A stretch of DNA of 64,000 nucleotides from Gammaproteobacteria bacterium (lineage in GTDB: Bacteria > Pseudomonadota > Gammaproteobacteria > Ga0077536): NCBI GenBank assembly GCA_050247235.1, contig JBFWUN010000008.1, positions 11,219-75,218 on the forward strand, in the 5' to 3' direction. Each line of letters opens with the position of its first letter. Position 1 is the stretch's first letter. Below the pieces are notes generated by a model. It ran no database searches and was not told the origin of the DNA. It saw nothing but the letters and a program-made list of their open reading frames with translations. Positions 46,484 to 55,357 of this stretch are shown in pieces. Made by a program: the position numbers and the translations under genes.

Positions 46484-48091
46484 ATGTCGGCCAGTGAACA
46501 CCTTGGCAGGACGGGCGGACCCGAGCGCCACGACAGCCCCGTCGATCTCGGCACCGCCGCGGAAACCGCTGCGCTCGCGCGGCTCGCGACTGCGACCGAA
46601 CGCCTGTGGACCGCGGACTCGCTCGAACAGGGGCTCGGCGAGATGCTCGACGCGGTGCTGTGGCTGCTCGGGGCGGACATGGGCTACGGCCAGCTCGCCG
46701 ACACCCGCAGCGCCCAGCTGGAAGTGATGACCAGCCGCGGCTTCACGCCACCGACCGCGCGGATGCTCCAGGGGTGCACCGGTCCGCTCGCGGCTGTCTG
46801 CACGCCGGGACAATGGCCGCGGGAGCGCGTGGTGTGCGAGGAGATCGACTCCGACCCCGCGTTCGAGCACTGCCGCGCGTTCGCCGCCGAGGCGGGTTTC
46901 CGGAGCGCGCAATGCACCCCGCTCCTGGGGAGTGATGGCAAGCTGCTGGGCGCGCTGGCGACGTTCTGGTCATCGCCGCACCGGATGACGGATGCGGATC
47001 GTCGCCGCCTCGATCTCTACGCGCGCCAGGCCGCCGCGTATATCGAGCGCTGGCACCTGGAGCGTGAACTGCGCGTCCGCGAGGAGCTCCTGCGCGCGGT
47101 CCTCGACACGGCGGCCGATGCCATCGTATCGATCGACAGCAACGGCGTGATCACGCACGTGAACCGCGCCACCGAGCGCATGTTCGGATACACCGCGACG
47201 GACCTGCTGGGCCGCAACGTGAGCATGCTGATGCCGTCGCCGTACCGCGAAGAGCACGACCGCCACCTGTCGCGCTACCGCGCGACCCGGCAGTCCCGCA
47301 TCCTGGATCGCAGCCGCGAGCTGCCGGGCTGTCGGCAGGACGGCAGCGTGTTCCCCGCGATGATCACGATCGCCGAAGTCGATCACCTCGGGATGTTCAC
47401 CGCGACGATCCGCGATCTCTCGGAACGGCGCGAACTGCAGCAACGCCTGCTCGACATCGCGGACGAGGAGCAACGCCGACTCGGCCAGGAACTGCACGAC
47501 AGCGTGCAGCAGGAACTGACCGGCCTGTCGCTCTTCGCGGCCTCGCTCCACGAGCTGCTGAAGGCATCACCGGATGCCGATCACGCGCGCCTGGAGCGGG
47601 TGCGCCAGATGACCGCGCGCCTCGAAGACGGCCTGACGGAGGTGCACCGGCAGGTGCAGGAACTCGCGCGCGGGATCATGCCGGTACAGATCGATGCGGC
47701 GGGACTGGAAGCCGCGTTGCAGGAACTCGCCGCACGGACCACCCGCGACGCCGGCGTGCCGTGCGCCTTCCACAGCGCCGGCGACGTGGCGCTCGAGAGC
47801 AACACCGAGGCGACGCACCTCTTCCGGATCGCCCAGGAAGCCGTCAACAACGCGCTGCGCCACGCGCGCGCAAACCGGATCGACGTGGTGTTGACGGGCC
47901 GCCGAGACATCACGCTCGAAATCCGCGACGACGGTCGCGGTTTCGCGCCCGGTGCCGGCGATGCGTCGAACCGCGGTATCGGGTTGCGGACGATGGAATA
48001 CCGCGCGGGCCTGCTGGGCGGTGTGCTGCGGATCGAACCGGGTCCGAAATCCGGGGTGACCGTGCGCTGCGTGGTCCCCCGGCGCGGCTGA
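46484..48091 (+). CDS. Soluble sensor histidine kinase: GAF, FixL-like (heme-type) PAS, HisKA_3, HATPase
   Basis: Lies in the frame of ORF 46439..48091. ATG 46484 sits behind GGAGG. No TM segment. The PAS segment GRNVSMLMPSPYREEHDRHLSRYRATRQSRILDRSRELPGCRQDGSVFPAMITIAEV..FTATIRDLSERRE parallels the rhizobial FixL heme pocket. H-box LGQELHDSVQQELTGL. N and G boxes are present. Confidence 0.85.
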   Translation: MSASEHLGRTGGPERHDSPVDLGTAAETAALARLATATERLWTADSLEQGLGEMLDAVLWLLGADMGYGQLADTRSAQLEVMTSRGFTPPTARMLQGCTGPLAAVCTPGQWPRERVVCEEIDSDPAFEHCRAFAAEAGFRSAQCTPLLGSDGKLLGALATFWSSPHRMTDADRRRLDLYARQAAAYIERWHLERELRVREELLRAVLDTAADAIVSIDSNGVITHVNRATERMFGYTATDLLGRNVSMLMPSPYREEHDRHLSRYRATRQSRILDRSRELPGCRQDGSVFPAMITIAEVDHLGMFTATIRDLSERRELQQRLLDIADEEQRRLGQELHDSVQQELTGLSLFAASLHELLKASPDADHARLERVRQMTARLEDGLTEVHRQVQELARGIMPVQIDAAGLEAALQELAARTTRDAGVPCAFHSAGDVALESNTEATHLFRIAQEAVNNALRHARANRIDVVLTGRRDITLEIRDDGRGFAPGAGDASNRGIGLRTMEYRAGLLGGVLRIEPGPKSGVTVRCVVPRRG

Positions 48092-48095
48092 GGGC

Positions 48096-48818
48096 TCAGT
48101 CGCCGCCGGCGGAATCCCCGTTCCGGCGCGCCTCGATCTGCAGGGTCCATTGCACGGCGTACTGGACGAGCTCGGTGCCGTTGCGCAGACCGAGCTTCTG
48201 ACGGATCTTCTCGCGGTGGGATTCGATCGTATGCGGGCTCAGGTGCAGCGCCGCGGCGATTTCGCGGGTGCTCCTTCCCGCACCGATCATCGACATCACT
48301 TCCAGTTCGCGATCACTGAGTGCATCCACGCCCTGGCGGTGCGAGCGCGACCCGATTGCCTGCTGCGCGAGTCGTTGCGACATCGCCGGGCTCAGGTACA
48401 GGTCGCCGCGCAGCACGGTGCGGATGGCTTCGAGGATTGCGCCGGACACCTCGCGCTTGTTCACGTACCCCTGCGCGCCGGCGCGCAGCGCGCGCTCGGC
48501 GTACATCGTCTCGTCGAACGCGCTGACGATCAGGATCTTCAGATCGGGCCGGCTGCCGCGGATGCGCTTGATCAGGTCGAGCCCGTGCCCGTCGTGCAAC
48601 GCGAGATCGAGCACCACCAGCGTGGGTGCGGTCGCCGCGATGACGGTGCGCGCCTCCTCCACCCCCGCGGCCTGGCCGCAGATCTCGAAGCCCGGCGCCG
48701 TCGAGATGCGCGCCGCCAGTCCCTCGCGGACCAGCGGATGGTCGTCGACGATGACGATCCGGACGGGACTTCCGTCGCGCGCGCCGCCGCCCGCGCCCTT
48801 GCTGCGCGGAGGGCTCAT
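48096..48818 (-). CDS. NarL/FixJ-family response regulator (REC plus LuxR-type HTH)
   Basis: Lies in the frame of ORF 48096..49091. ATG 48818 gives a 240-aa product. IVIVDDHPLVREGL, phospho-acceptor context LVVLDLALHDG, and the HTH LSDRELEVMSMIGAGRSTREIAAALHLSPHTIESHREKIRQKLG. Confidence 0.88.
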   Translation of the reverse strand: MSPPRSKGAGGGARDGSPVRIVIVDDHPLVREGLAARISTAPGFEICGQAAGVEEARTVIAATAPTLVVLDLALHDGHGLDLIKRIRGSRPDLKILIVSAFDETMYAERALRAGAQGYVNKREVSGAILEAIRTVLRGDLYLSPAMSQRLAQQAIGSRSHRQGVDALSDRELEVMSMIGAGRSTREIAAALHLSPHTIESHREKIRQKLGLRNGTELVQYAVQWTLQIEARRNGDSAGGD

Positions 48819-48855
48819 CGCGGCGCCTGCGGCGCGCCCCGGGCCGGGGGGCAGA

Positions 48856-48876
48856 GGATGGTGGAATCCACCATCC
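48856..48876. promoter_or_regulatory. Perfect 10-1-10 palindrome GGATGGTGGA-A-TCCACCATCC (candidate operator)
   Basis: Read directly in the divergent response regulator / fnr intergenic region. A degenerate third copy, GGTTGGTGGTTCC, follows at 48880-48892. Confidence 0.5.
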
Positions 48877-48984
48877 CCGGTTGGTGGTTCCCCGGCTGGA
48901 GCGCGGCCCGCGGACTGCCGAGGATGGGCACACAGGGACGCGTCGGCCGACCGTTCCGGGACAGCACGCCGAGAAGGAATCGTG

Positions 48985-49716
48985 ATGAATACGTCAACAC
49001 AGACTCGCCTCACCCAGTGCGACCACTGCCATCTCAAACCCCAGTGCCTGGCCGATCGCACACTGGAGAGCGACGCCGCGAAGGAGCTCAACCGGCTCGT
49101 GATCGGCGGGCGCGCATTGCCGCGCGGGGCGTTCCTGTACAGGGAAGGGGAACCGCGGGAGTTCTACTACTTCCTGCGCACCGGCGCCGCCAAGTCGTTC
49201 GCGGTGGACGCGAGCGGCGAAGAACATGTCTACGCGTTTCACTTCCCCACCGAGATGATCGGCGCCGCCTCGCTCGAGCAGGCACGGCACACCGAGTCCG
49301 TGGTGCTGCTGGAGCGGAGCTTCACGTGTGCGATCCCGGCCGAGCCGCTCGAGCGGCTGTGCCGTGCGAACGAGCCGCTGATGCACAGCTTCTTCTCGAA
49401 AGTCTCCGCGTCCTTCGCGCAGGAGCGCCGGGCGCGCCTGCGCGTGGCGCGTGAACAGGTCACCGCGCGGCTCGCCGACTTCGTGCTGGACATCGCCGAC
49501 CGCATGGCGACCCTGGGCCGCCGGGACGATGTGCTGACGTTGCCGATGTCCCGCTACGACATCGCGAATTTCATCGGTGTCGCCGTCGAGACCGTGAGCC
49601 GCGCGTTCCGCGAACTGCAGAATGCCGGGCTGCTGGAAGTCTCGGGCCGACAGATCACGATCCGCTCCCCGCGTGATCTCGCGCAGTACTCCGGGAAACG
49701 TGCGCGAACCGCCTAG
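48985..49716 (+). CDS. fnr: FNR/Anr-type oxygen-responsive CRP-family transcription regulator
   Basis: Lies in the frame of ORF 48268..49716. ATG 48985 gives a 243-aa product. N-terminal CDHCHLKPQC (C-x2-C-x5-C) plus a central SFTCAIP cysteine, as in the E. coli FNR 4Fe-4S ligands. Recognition helix VETVSRAF keeps E--SR. Confidence 0.85.
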   Translation: MNTSTQTRLTQCDHCHLKPQCLADRTLESDAAKELNRLVIGGRALPRGAFLYREGEPREFYYFLRTGAAKSFAVDASGEEHVYAFHFPTEMIGAASLEQARHTESVVLLERSFTCAIPAEPLERLCRANEPLMHSFFSKVSASFAQERRARLRVAREQVTARLADFVLDIADRMATLGRRDDVLTLPMSRYDIANFIGVAVETVSRAFRELQNAGLLEVSGRQITIRSPRDLAQYSGKRARTA

Positions 49717-49735
49717 CCGACGCTGGCGCGTCGGC
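49716..49735. terminator. 8-bp stem hairpin GCCGACGC-tggc-GCGTCGGC between convergent genes
   Basis: Read directly. It lies between the fnr stop (49714-49716) and the stop of the 333-aa ORF (49737-49739). No U-tract. Confidence 0.35.
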
Positions 49736-49736
49736 G

Positions 49737-50738
49737 TCACCGATCGCGCTCCCGCCGGGGCAGCAGCGGAACCACGTTGACGGCCGGCGGCGTGGCCGCC
49801 AGTCCGGCGATCAGGCCGACGACCTCGCCGAACCGGCGGCGCTGAGCGATGTCGAGCCGATAACCCCGCGGGGTTGCCGTCAGCGCGTCCGTGGCGGACA
49901 GCGCCTCGAACGCCGCCAGGCAGGTGCGCGCGAACGGCGGCGGCACGCCGGCACGTCGACGCAGCACGTCCGTCGCCGGGATCCGGCGCCCCGCCGCGAG
50001 CTTGGCGAGCAGATCGGCGACAAACCGCTGGGCCGTCGTCAGCATGCGGGTCAGGTGGGTGCCCAGGCCTCCGCGCACCAGGTTCGCGCGCCAGGCCTCG
50101 GCGTCCACGTGGTTGAGGAAGCAGTCACCTCCGAACCGGCTTTCCGCACCGGGTCCCACCCCGACGACGTCAGCCTCGAACCAGTCCGACAGCACGCGGC
50201 TGAACTGCGCGATGGCGAGATCGTCCTCCGACAGCGCGCGCAGCGAACTCCGCTGCGTGCGCGGCGTGGCCGCTGCGACCCGCCGCTTGTCGAGCGCCAG
50301 GGTGCCCGCGACGGCGGCATACGGCACGGAGCCGTCGGACTGCGCGCCGAGGGAGCGTTCGCTTTCCGGGGTCGGCGCGCTCGCCGGTCGCCAGGACACG
50401 ATGAAGCGCGGCGCCGCCCCCGTGTGGGCCACCACGCTGCCCTGCACGGCGTTGAGCGCGGCGTCACAGGCGACCGACAGCGACCGGCCGGACGCGGGCG
50501 GCACGTAGACGAGTCCGACGATCCGCCGATCCATCGCAACGAACGCGAGCTTGCGTTCACACTCCTGCCGCAGCAGGCCGACATCCTCCGCCGCGTCGAG
50601 ATGGCAGAGATCGAGTTCGATGATCACCGGCGAAGGGACCAGCGATTCGTTGCCGGCCTCCGCCGCGGCCCGGAAATCCAGGTTCGGGATTGGAAACCCC
50701 CGCACTTCGGGTCCGAGTACCCGCTCGATGAAGCTCAC
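49737..50738 (-). CDS. Hypothetical protein (333 aa, no recognisable domain)
   Basis: Long ORF with a GTG start and GAGG 9 nt upstream. Coding-like composition. An FNR-type promoter is predicted upstream. I recognise no family. Confidence 0.6.
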   Translation of the reverse strand: MSFIERVLGPEVRGFPIPNLDFRAAAEAGNESLVPSPVIIELDLCHLDAAEDVGLLRQECERKLAFVAMDRRIVGLVYVPPASGRSLSVACDAALNAVQGSVVAHTGAAPRFIVSWRPASAPTPESERSLGAQSDGSVPYAAVAGTLALDKRRVAAATPRTQRSSLRALSEDDLAIAQFSRVLSDWFEADVVGVGPGAESRFGGDCFLNHVDAEAWRANLVRGGLGTHLTRMLTTAQRFVADLLAKLAAGRRIPATDVLRRRAGVPPPFARTCLAAFEALSATDALTATPRGYRLDIAQRRRFGEVVGLIAGLAATPPAVNVVPLLPRRERDR

Positions 50739-50805
50739 TGCTCGATGCCTCGCTTCCGCTGGAGGGCGGCATCCCCGCCGCCCTGCACCACGCTGGTGTC
50801 GCGAA

Positions 50806-50847
50806 ATCCTAGGCGAACGGGTACGGGCGCAAGCTGATGCCGATCAT
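50806..50847 (-). promoter_or_regulatory. FNR-like box CTGATgccgATCAT plus -10 TAGGAT at class II spacing
   Basis: The box is 50834-50847, centre 50840.5. The minus-strand TAGGAT starts at 50811, which is 29.5 bp from the centre. Confidence 0.5.
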
Positions 50848-50937
50848 TTTCGCGGCGAGCCCGCATCACGTACTCCGCCAGTGCACGGGTTCCGCTCCCG
50901 GATTAGAATCACGGCTCGTTCCAGCGGAGACCCCCCC

Positions 50938-51414
50938 ATGAGCGTCACCTCCCTTCCCGCCACCGCGCCGACCGGCTACGGCACCGGCCCCATCGCCTGG
51001 CAGCACATCACGGGTTCGCCCCGGTTCGATTACCCGATCGACTACTGGGTGGCGGTGCTCGGCGTGCACAAGGACGGTCGACGCATCGATTTCCTCAGCA
51101 AGTGGGCACCGGACGCGTACTGCCACTATCACCGGCATCTCGGGCCGACCACCGTGCTGGTGCTGGAAGGCGAGCATCACGTGGTGGAAACCACGCCGAC
51201 CGAGACAGTGCACAAGATCCGCAAGCCGGGGCATTTCGCGCGCAACGCCGGCGGCGAGACGCACATGGAGTACGGCGGTGCAGAGGGCTGCGTGGCCCTG
51301 TTCAGCTGCGAGGCGGTGGAGGGCGGACGCCTGTTCGACGTGCTCGACCCCACCGGCCGGGTGCTCGTGACGGCGACGATCGACGACTTCCTGAGCGGCC
51401 GCATCAAGGGCTGA
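50938..51414 (+). CDS. Cupin-fold protein (158 aa)
   Basis: Lies in the frame of ORF 50551..51414. ATG 50938. HYHRHLGPTTVLVLEGEHHV..GETHMEYGG resembles the two cupin motifs. Confidence 0.6.
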   Translation: MSVTSLPATAPTGYGTGPIAWQHITGSPRFDYPIDYWVAVLGVHKDGRRIDFLSKWAPDAYCHYHRHLGPTTVLVLEGEHHVVETTPTETVHKIRKPGHFARNAGGETHMEYGGAEGCVALFSCEAVEGGRLFDVLDPTGRVLVTATIDDFLSGRIKG

Positions 51415-51518
51415 ACACGCCTGCTCCCGCCGGGCGATGACCTCACCGTCCCCCGGCCTCGCGCTGCGGCGTCCCGTGCCGGCGCCGCGCAATTCCTGAA
51501 CCCGATCCGAGTCAACGC

Positions 51519-52682
51519 ATGAGCATCAAGGGCAAGGCGTACATCGCCGGCATCTGCGAACACCCCACCCGCAAGGCCGAAGGCATCCCGCTCGCACAAA
51601 TCCACGCCGATGTCGCGCGCGGCGCCCTGGCGGACGCGGGCCTGGGCCTTGGCGACGTGGACGCGTATTTCTGCGCGGGCGACGCGCCCGGACTCGGGGG
51701 CTTGTCCATGGCCGAGTACCTGGGCCTGAACGTCCGCCACACCGACACCACGGAAACCGGCGGCTCCTCCTACATCGTGCACGTGAACCACGCGGCCCAG
51801 GCCATCGCGCTCGGCAAGTGCCGTGTCGCGCTGATCACGCTGGCCGGCAAGCCGCGCACGGGCGGCGCCCCGCCCGGTCGCCCGCCGATGGCCGCGGCGC
51901 CGCCGGACGCGGCATTCGAGGCGCCGTTCAAACCCACGGTGCTGAACGTCTACGCGATGTGCGCACGCCGGCACATGCATGAATACGGCACCACTTCTGA
52001 ACAGCTCGCGTGGATCAAGGTGGCTGCCTCCCGGCACGCCCAGCACAACCCGCACGCGATGCTGCGTGACGTGGTGACCGTGGAAGATGTGCTGAACTCC
52101 CCGGTGGTCGCGGACCCGCTGCACCGCCTGGACTGCTGCGTGGTCTCGGACGGCGGCGGCGCAATCGTGGTTGTCGCGCCCGAGATCGCGGCGCAGCTGA
52201 AGCGTCCGAGGGTGCGGGTGCTCGGCGCGGGCGAGGCGATCAAGCACAACGCCGGCGGCGTGGTCGACCTCACGTACTCCGCCGGACGCTGGTCCGGCGC
52301 GCGCGCGTTCGAAGAGGCCGGGGTCACGCCGTCCGACATCCGGTACGTGTCGCTCTACGACAGCTTCACCATCACGGTGCTGATGCAGCTGGAGGACCTT
52401 GGATTCTGCGCGAAAGGCGCCGGGGGACGCTTCGTCGCCGATGGCAATCTCATCTCCGGCGTCGGGAAACTGCCGTTCAACACCGACGGCGGCGGCCTGT
52501 GCAGCAACCACCCCGGCAATCGAGGCGGCATGACCAAGGTGCTGGAGGCCGTCCGCCAGCTGCGCGGCGAGGCGCATCCGGCCGTGCAGGTGAAGGATTG
52601 CGCGCTCGCCCTCGCCCATGGCACGGGCGGATTCCTCGGCACCCGCCACGGCAGCGCGACCGTCATCCTGGAGAGGGTCTGA
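51519..52682 (+). CDS. Thiolase-like (SCP-x / lipid-transfer type) protein
   Basis: 387 aa. MSIKGKAYIAGICEHPTRKAEG.., with C-terminal NTDGGGLCSNHPG and ALAHGTGG thiolase-like motifs. Paired with the DUF35 protein. Confidence 0.8.
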   Translation: MSIKGKAYIAGICEHPTRKAEGIPLAQIHADVARGALADAGLGLGDVDAYFCAGDAPGLGGLSMAEYLGLNVRHTDTTETGGSSYIVHVNHAAQAIALGKCRVALITLAGKPRTGGAPPGRPPMAAAPPDAAFEAPFKPTVLNVYAMCARRHMHEYGTTSEQLAWIKVAASRHAQHNPHAMLRDVVTVEDVLNSPVVADPLHRLDCCVVSDGGGAIVVVAPEIAAQLKRPRVRVLGAGEAIKHNAGGVVDLTYSAGRWSGARAFEEAGVTPSDIRYVSLYDSFTITVLMQLEDLGFCAKGAGGRFVADGNLISGVGKLPFNTDGGGLCSNHPGNRGGMTKVLEAVRQLRGEAHPAVQVKDCALALAHGTGGFLGTRHGSATVILERV

Positions 52683-52684
52683 CC

Positions 52685-53071
52685 ATGGCCGAGAAACCAC
52701 GCGAACCCGTTGCCGCGGATGCGGCGCTCGAACCCTACTGGGCGGCCGCGCGCGAGGGCCGCCTGCTGCTCAAGCGCTGCCGCGCGTGCGCAAAGGTGCA
52801 CTACTATCCCCGGCCGCTATGCCCGTTCTGCATGAGCGCGGACACCGAATGGCTGGAAGCCGCGGGTCACGGCACGATCTACGCGTGGAGCGTGGAACGG
52901 CGGGCGACCCCGCCCTACGCGATCGCCTTCGTCACCCTGCCCGAAGGCCCCACGCTGATGACGAACATCGTGGACTGCGATCTGGACGCGCTCGCGATCG
53001 GGCAGGCCGTGCGGCTTGCGTTCGAGACGCGGGACGAGCAACCCGTGCCGGTGTTCCGTCCGGCGTCCTGA
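52685..53071 (+). CDS. Zn-ribbon/OB-fold protein (DUF35 family), thiolase partner
   Basis: Lies in the frame of ORF 52499..53071. ATG 52685. CRACAKVHYYPRPLCPFC zinc ribbon followed by an OB-fold-like tail. Confidence 0.75.
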   Translation: MAEKPREPVAADAALEPYWAAAREGRLLLKRCRACAKVHYYPRPLCPFCMSADTEWLEAAGHGTIYAWSVERRATPPYAIAFVTLPEGPTLMTNIVDCDLDALAIGQAVRLAFETRDEQPVPVFRPAS

Positions 53072-53079
53072 CCGGGAAA

Positions 53080-53096
53080 CCCGGGAATGTCCCGGG
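53080..53096 (+). terminator. Hairpin CCCGGGA-atg-TCCCGGG just after the DUF35 stop
   Basis: 7-bp stem read directly. It overlaps an alternative CCGGG-aaa-CCCGG hairpin at 53072-53084. No U-tract. Confidence 0.25.
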
Positions 53097-53300
53097 AGCG
53101 CAGGACGGCGCCGCGCCGTTCTGCGCCAACCGCGGACACCACGGCCGGGCGGCGGCGTCGGATGCGCCTGCGGCGACCGTGCGCGCACAGGACGCGCGCG
53201 AGCGATTCATCGACGTGACCCCAGCGCGCCGCTGCAGGCGCATCCGGCGCCGTCGCCGGGGTCGGTACAACCGTTCCGTGCGATTCCCGGATCCGACAGT

Positions 53301-53912
53301 TCAGCCCGCCGCCGCGCCCCGCGCGCGTCGCCCCGCCTCGCGCGGTTCCCGGTACATCTCGAGGTAGCGCGGCGAAGGCCGCAACCCCACGGCCTGCGCG
53401 AGGCGATTGGCCCCCGCGTAGAACGCCGCCGTCGAACAGATCATGAAGATCGCTTCGTCATCGAACCCGGCATCGCGCAGCAGCTGGCGATCCGCGTCCG
53501 TGATCTGCTCCGCATCGCGATTGACCTTCACGACGAAGTCGAGCATCGCGCGATGCCGGGGCGAGAGATCCGCCATGCGGTAGTTCCGGGACAGGTATTC
53601 CGCGAACAGCGGGTCACCGGTCTCCGCGCGCATCAGCGCCCCGTGATGCGCCGTGCAGTACACGCACCCGTTGGTGGCCGCGGACACCAGCGCGATCATC
53701 TCGTGTTCCAGTGGCGTCAGGCCGGAGTCGCGACGCATCAGCTCCATGTATTGCGTCATGAAAGCGCGCAGGCGCGCGTTGTCCGTTGCGAAGAGTTGCA
53801 CGAAGTGCGGCATGAAACCGTACTTCTTCTCGATTCCCTTCACCAGCGCGGTCATCTCGGCATCGAGATTCCCGCGATCCTCGATATCCAGCGCACAGAT
53901 TCGTTCGTTCAT
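53301..53912 (-). CDS. AhpD-like / carboxymuconolactone decarboxylase family peroxidase-related protein
   Basis: Lies in the frame of ORF 53301..54068. ATG 53912 gives a 203-aa product. ALVSAATNGCVYCTAHH (CxxC-type AhpD motif). Confidence 0.75.
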   Translation of the reverse strand: MNERICALDIEDRGNLDAEMTALVKGIEKKYGFMPHFVQLFATDNARLRAFMTQYMELMRRDSGLTPLEHEMIALVSAATNGCVYCTAHHGALMRAETGDPLFAEYLSRNYRMADLSPRHRAMLDFVVKVNRDAEQITDADRQLLRDAGFDDEAIFMICSTAAFYAGANRLAQAVGLRPSPRYLEMYREPREAGRRARGAAAG

Positions 53913-54249
53913 GGGGAACTCCTCTCTCAGGGTTCTGCCGGACTGGTGGGATGGAACACGTGTCCACTGTACGCAGCGTTGTCCAGTTGTTCCAGCGCGC
54001 CCTGCACCGGCCCGTCGCGGGATCCCGTTATGCAACCCGCGTAACAGCTGACACGGCAGACCTCGCAAGTGGTTGGCTTGCCTGCATGGGGTACGGTGGT
54101 TACCATCCCAAGACCCATCTCATGCGCGCTCCATTGACGGACGGGGGCGCGGTTCGTTCTTCGCGACCCCGCAAGGATCCGGGCGTCGCACTTCTGCAGG
54201 TTCCGGACGTGGCCTCGCCGGCCACGCCACGACCGGCGGCGAGCTGCCC

Positions 54250-55353
54250 ATGCGTATCCTGGAACACGTCCTCGAATACTCGTTTGCCGGAGATTCGCTC
54301 CGGACCTGGCTGTTCGCGCTCCTCGTCGGCTGCCTGGTGTGGATCGGCGGGACCCTCGTGCGTCAGTCCGCACGCAAGGTCAGTGCGCGCGCGGACGCAC
54401 GCTCGCCGCGCTGGCAGCGGTTCGCAGCCCGCGTGGTCTCCGATCTCCGGGGCTGGCTGGTGGCTGCCCTGGCGGTTCACGCCGCAGCACAGATGCTGGT
54501 GGCCTCGGCGCCGCTCCAGGATTTCACGCGCGGCGCGCTGGGTGTTGCGCTGACCTTGCAGCTGCTCGTGGTCAGCCGGCACCTCATCGATTTCTGGCTT
54601 GAATGCCTGACCGAGCGGCGCACGCGCGCCGATGGCTCCAGCGATCCGGCGATCCAGTCGGCCGCCGGCATCATCCGCGCGATCGCGCTGCTGGTGGTCG
54701 CGGCCATGCTCGCGCTGCTCCTGCTCTCCAATTTCGGCATCGAGATTGCGCCGCTGATCGCGGGGCTCGGTATCGGCGGCATCGCGGTGGCACTCGCCGC
54801 TCAGTCCGTGCTGGGCGACCTGTTCGGCTCGGTGACGATCCTGTTCGATCGTCCGTTCCTCGTCGGCGATTTCATCATCGTCGGTGACAAGATGGGGACG
54901 GTTGAACACATCGGGATCAAGACGACACGCGTGCGCGCGCTGACCGGCGAGCAGATCGTGTTCTCGAACGCCGCCCTGCTCGCGCACGAGATCCGCAACT
55001 ATCGCCGGATGCACGAACGTCGCGTGGAACTCCCGATCCGGGTCGCCCAGGACACACCGGTCACGGCGTTGAGCACCTTGCCCTCGCTGCTGCGCGAGGC
55101 CGTGGAAGCGAGCCCGGGGACGCGCTTCGACCGCGCGCACTTCAAGGCATTCGGTGAGTACTCGCTGGACTTCGAGCTGGTGTTCTACGTGCTGTCGCCC
55201 GACTACAACGAGTACATGGATATCCAGCAGGCGATCAACCTGCACGTCGTGCGCGGTCTGCGCGCGCGCGGAGTCCGGCTCGCGCGGCCGCTTCGCGAGA
55301 TCACCTCCGACACCCCCGCAGTGGCGGGGGCCGTGCCGGCGGGCGGAGCCTGA
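54250..55353 (+). CDS. Mechanosensitive ion channel (MscS family)
   Basis: Lies in the frame of ORF 54073..55353. ATG 54250 gives a 367-aa product. Several TM helices, then GDLFGSVTILFDRPFLVGDFIIVGDKMGTVEHIGIKTTRVR, the MscS beta-domain signature. Confidence 0.85.
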   Translation: MRILEHVLEYSFAGDSLRTWLFALLVGCLVWIGGTLVRQSARKVSARADARSPRWQRFAARVVSDLRGWLVAALAVHAAAQMLVASAPLQDFTRGALGVALTLQLLVVSRHLIDFWLECLTERRTRADGSSDPAIQSAAGIIRAIALLVVAAMLALLLLSNFGIEIAPLIAGLGIGGIAVALAAQSVLGDLFGSVTILFDRPFLVGDFIIVGDKMGTVEHIGIKTTRVRALTGEQIVFSNAALLAHEIRNYRRMHERRVELPIRVAQDTPVTALSTLPSLLREAVEASPGTRFDRAHFKAFGEYSLDFELVFYVLSPDYNEYMDIQQAINLHVVRGLRARGVRLARPLREITSDTPAVAGAVPAGGA

Positions 55354-55357
55354 ACCG

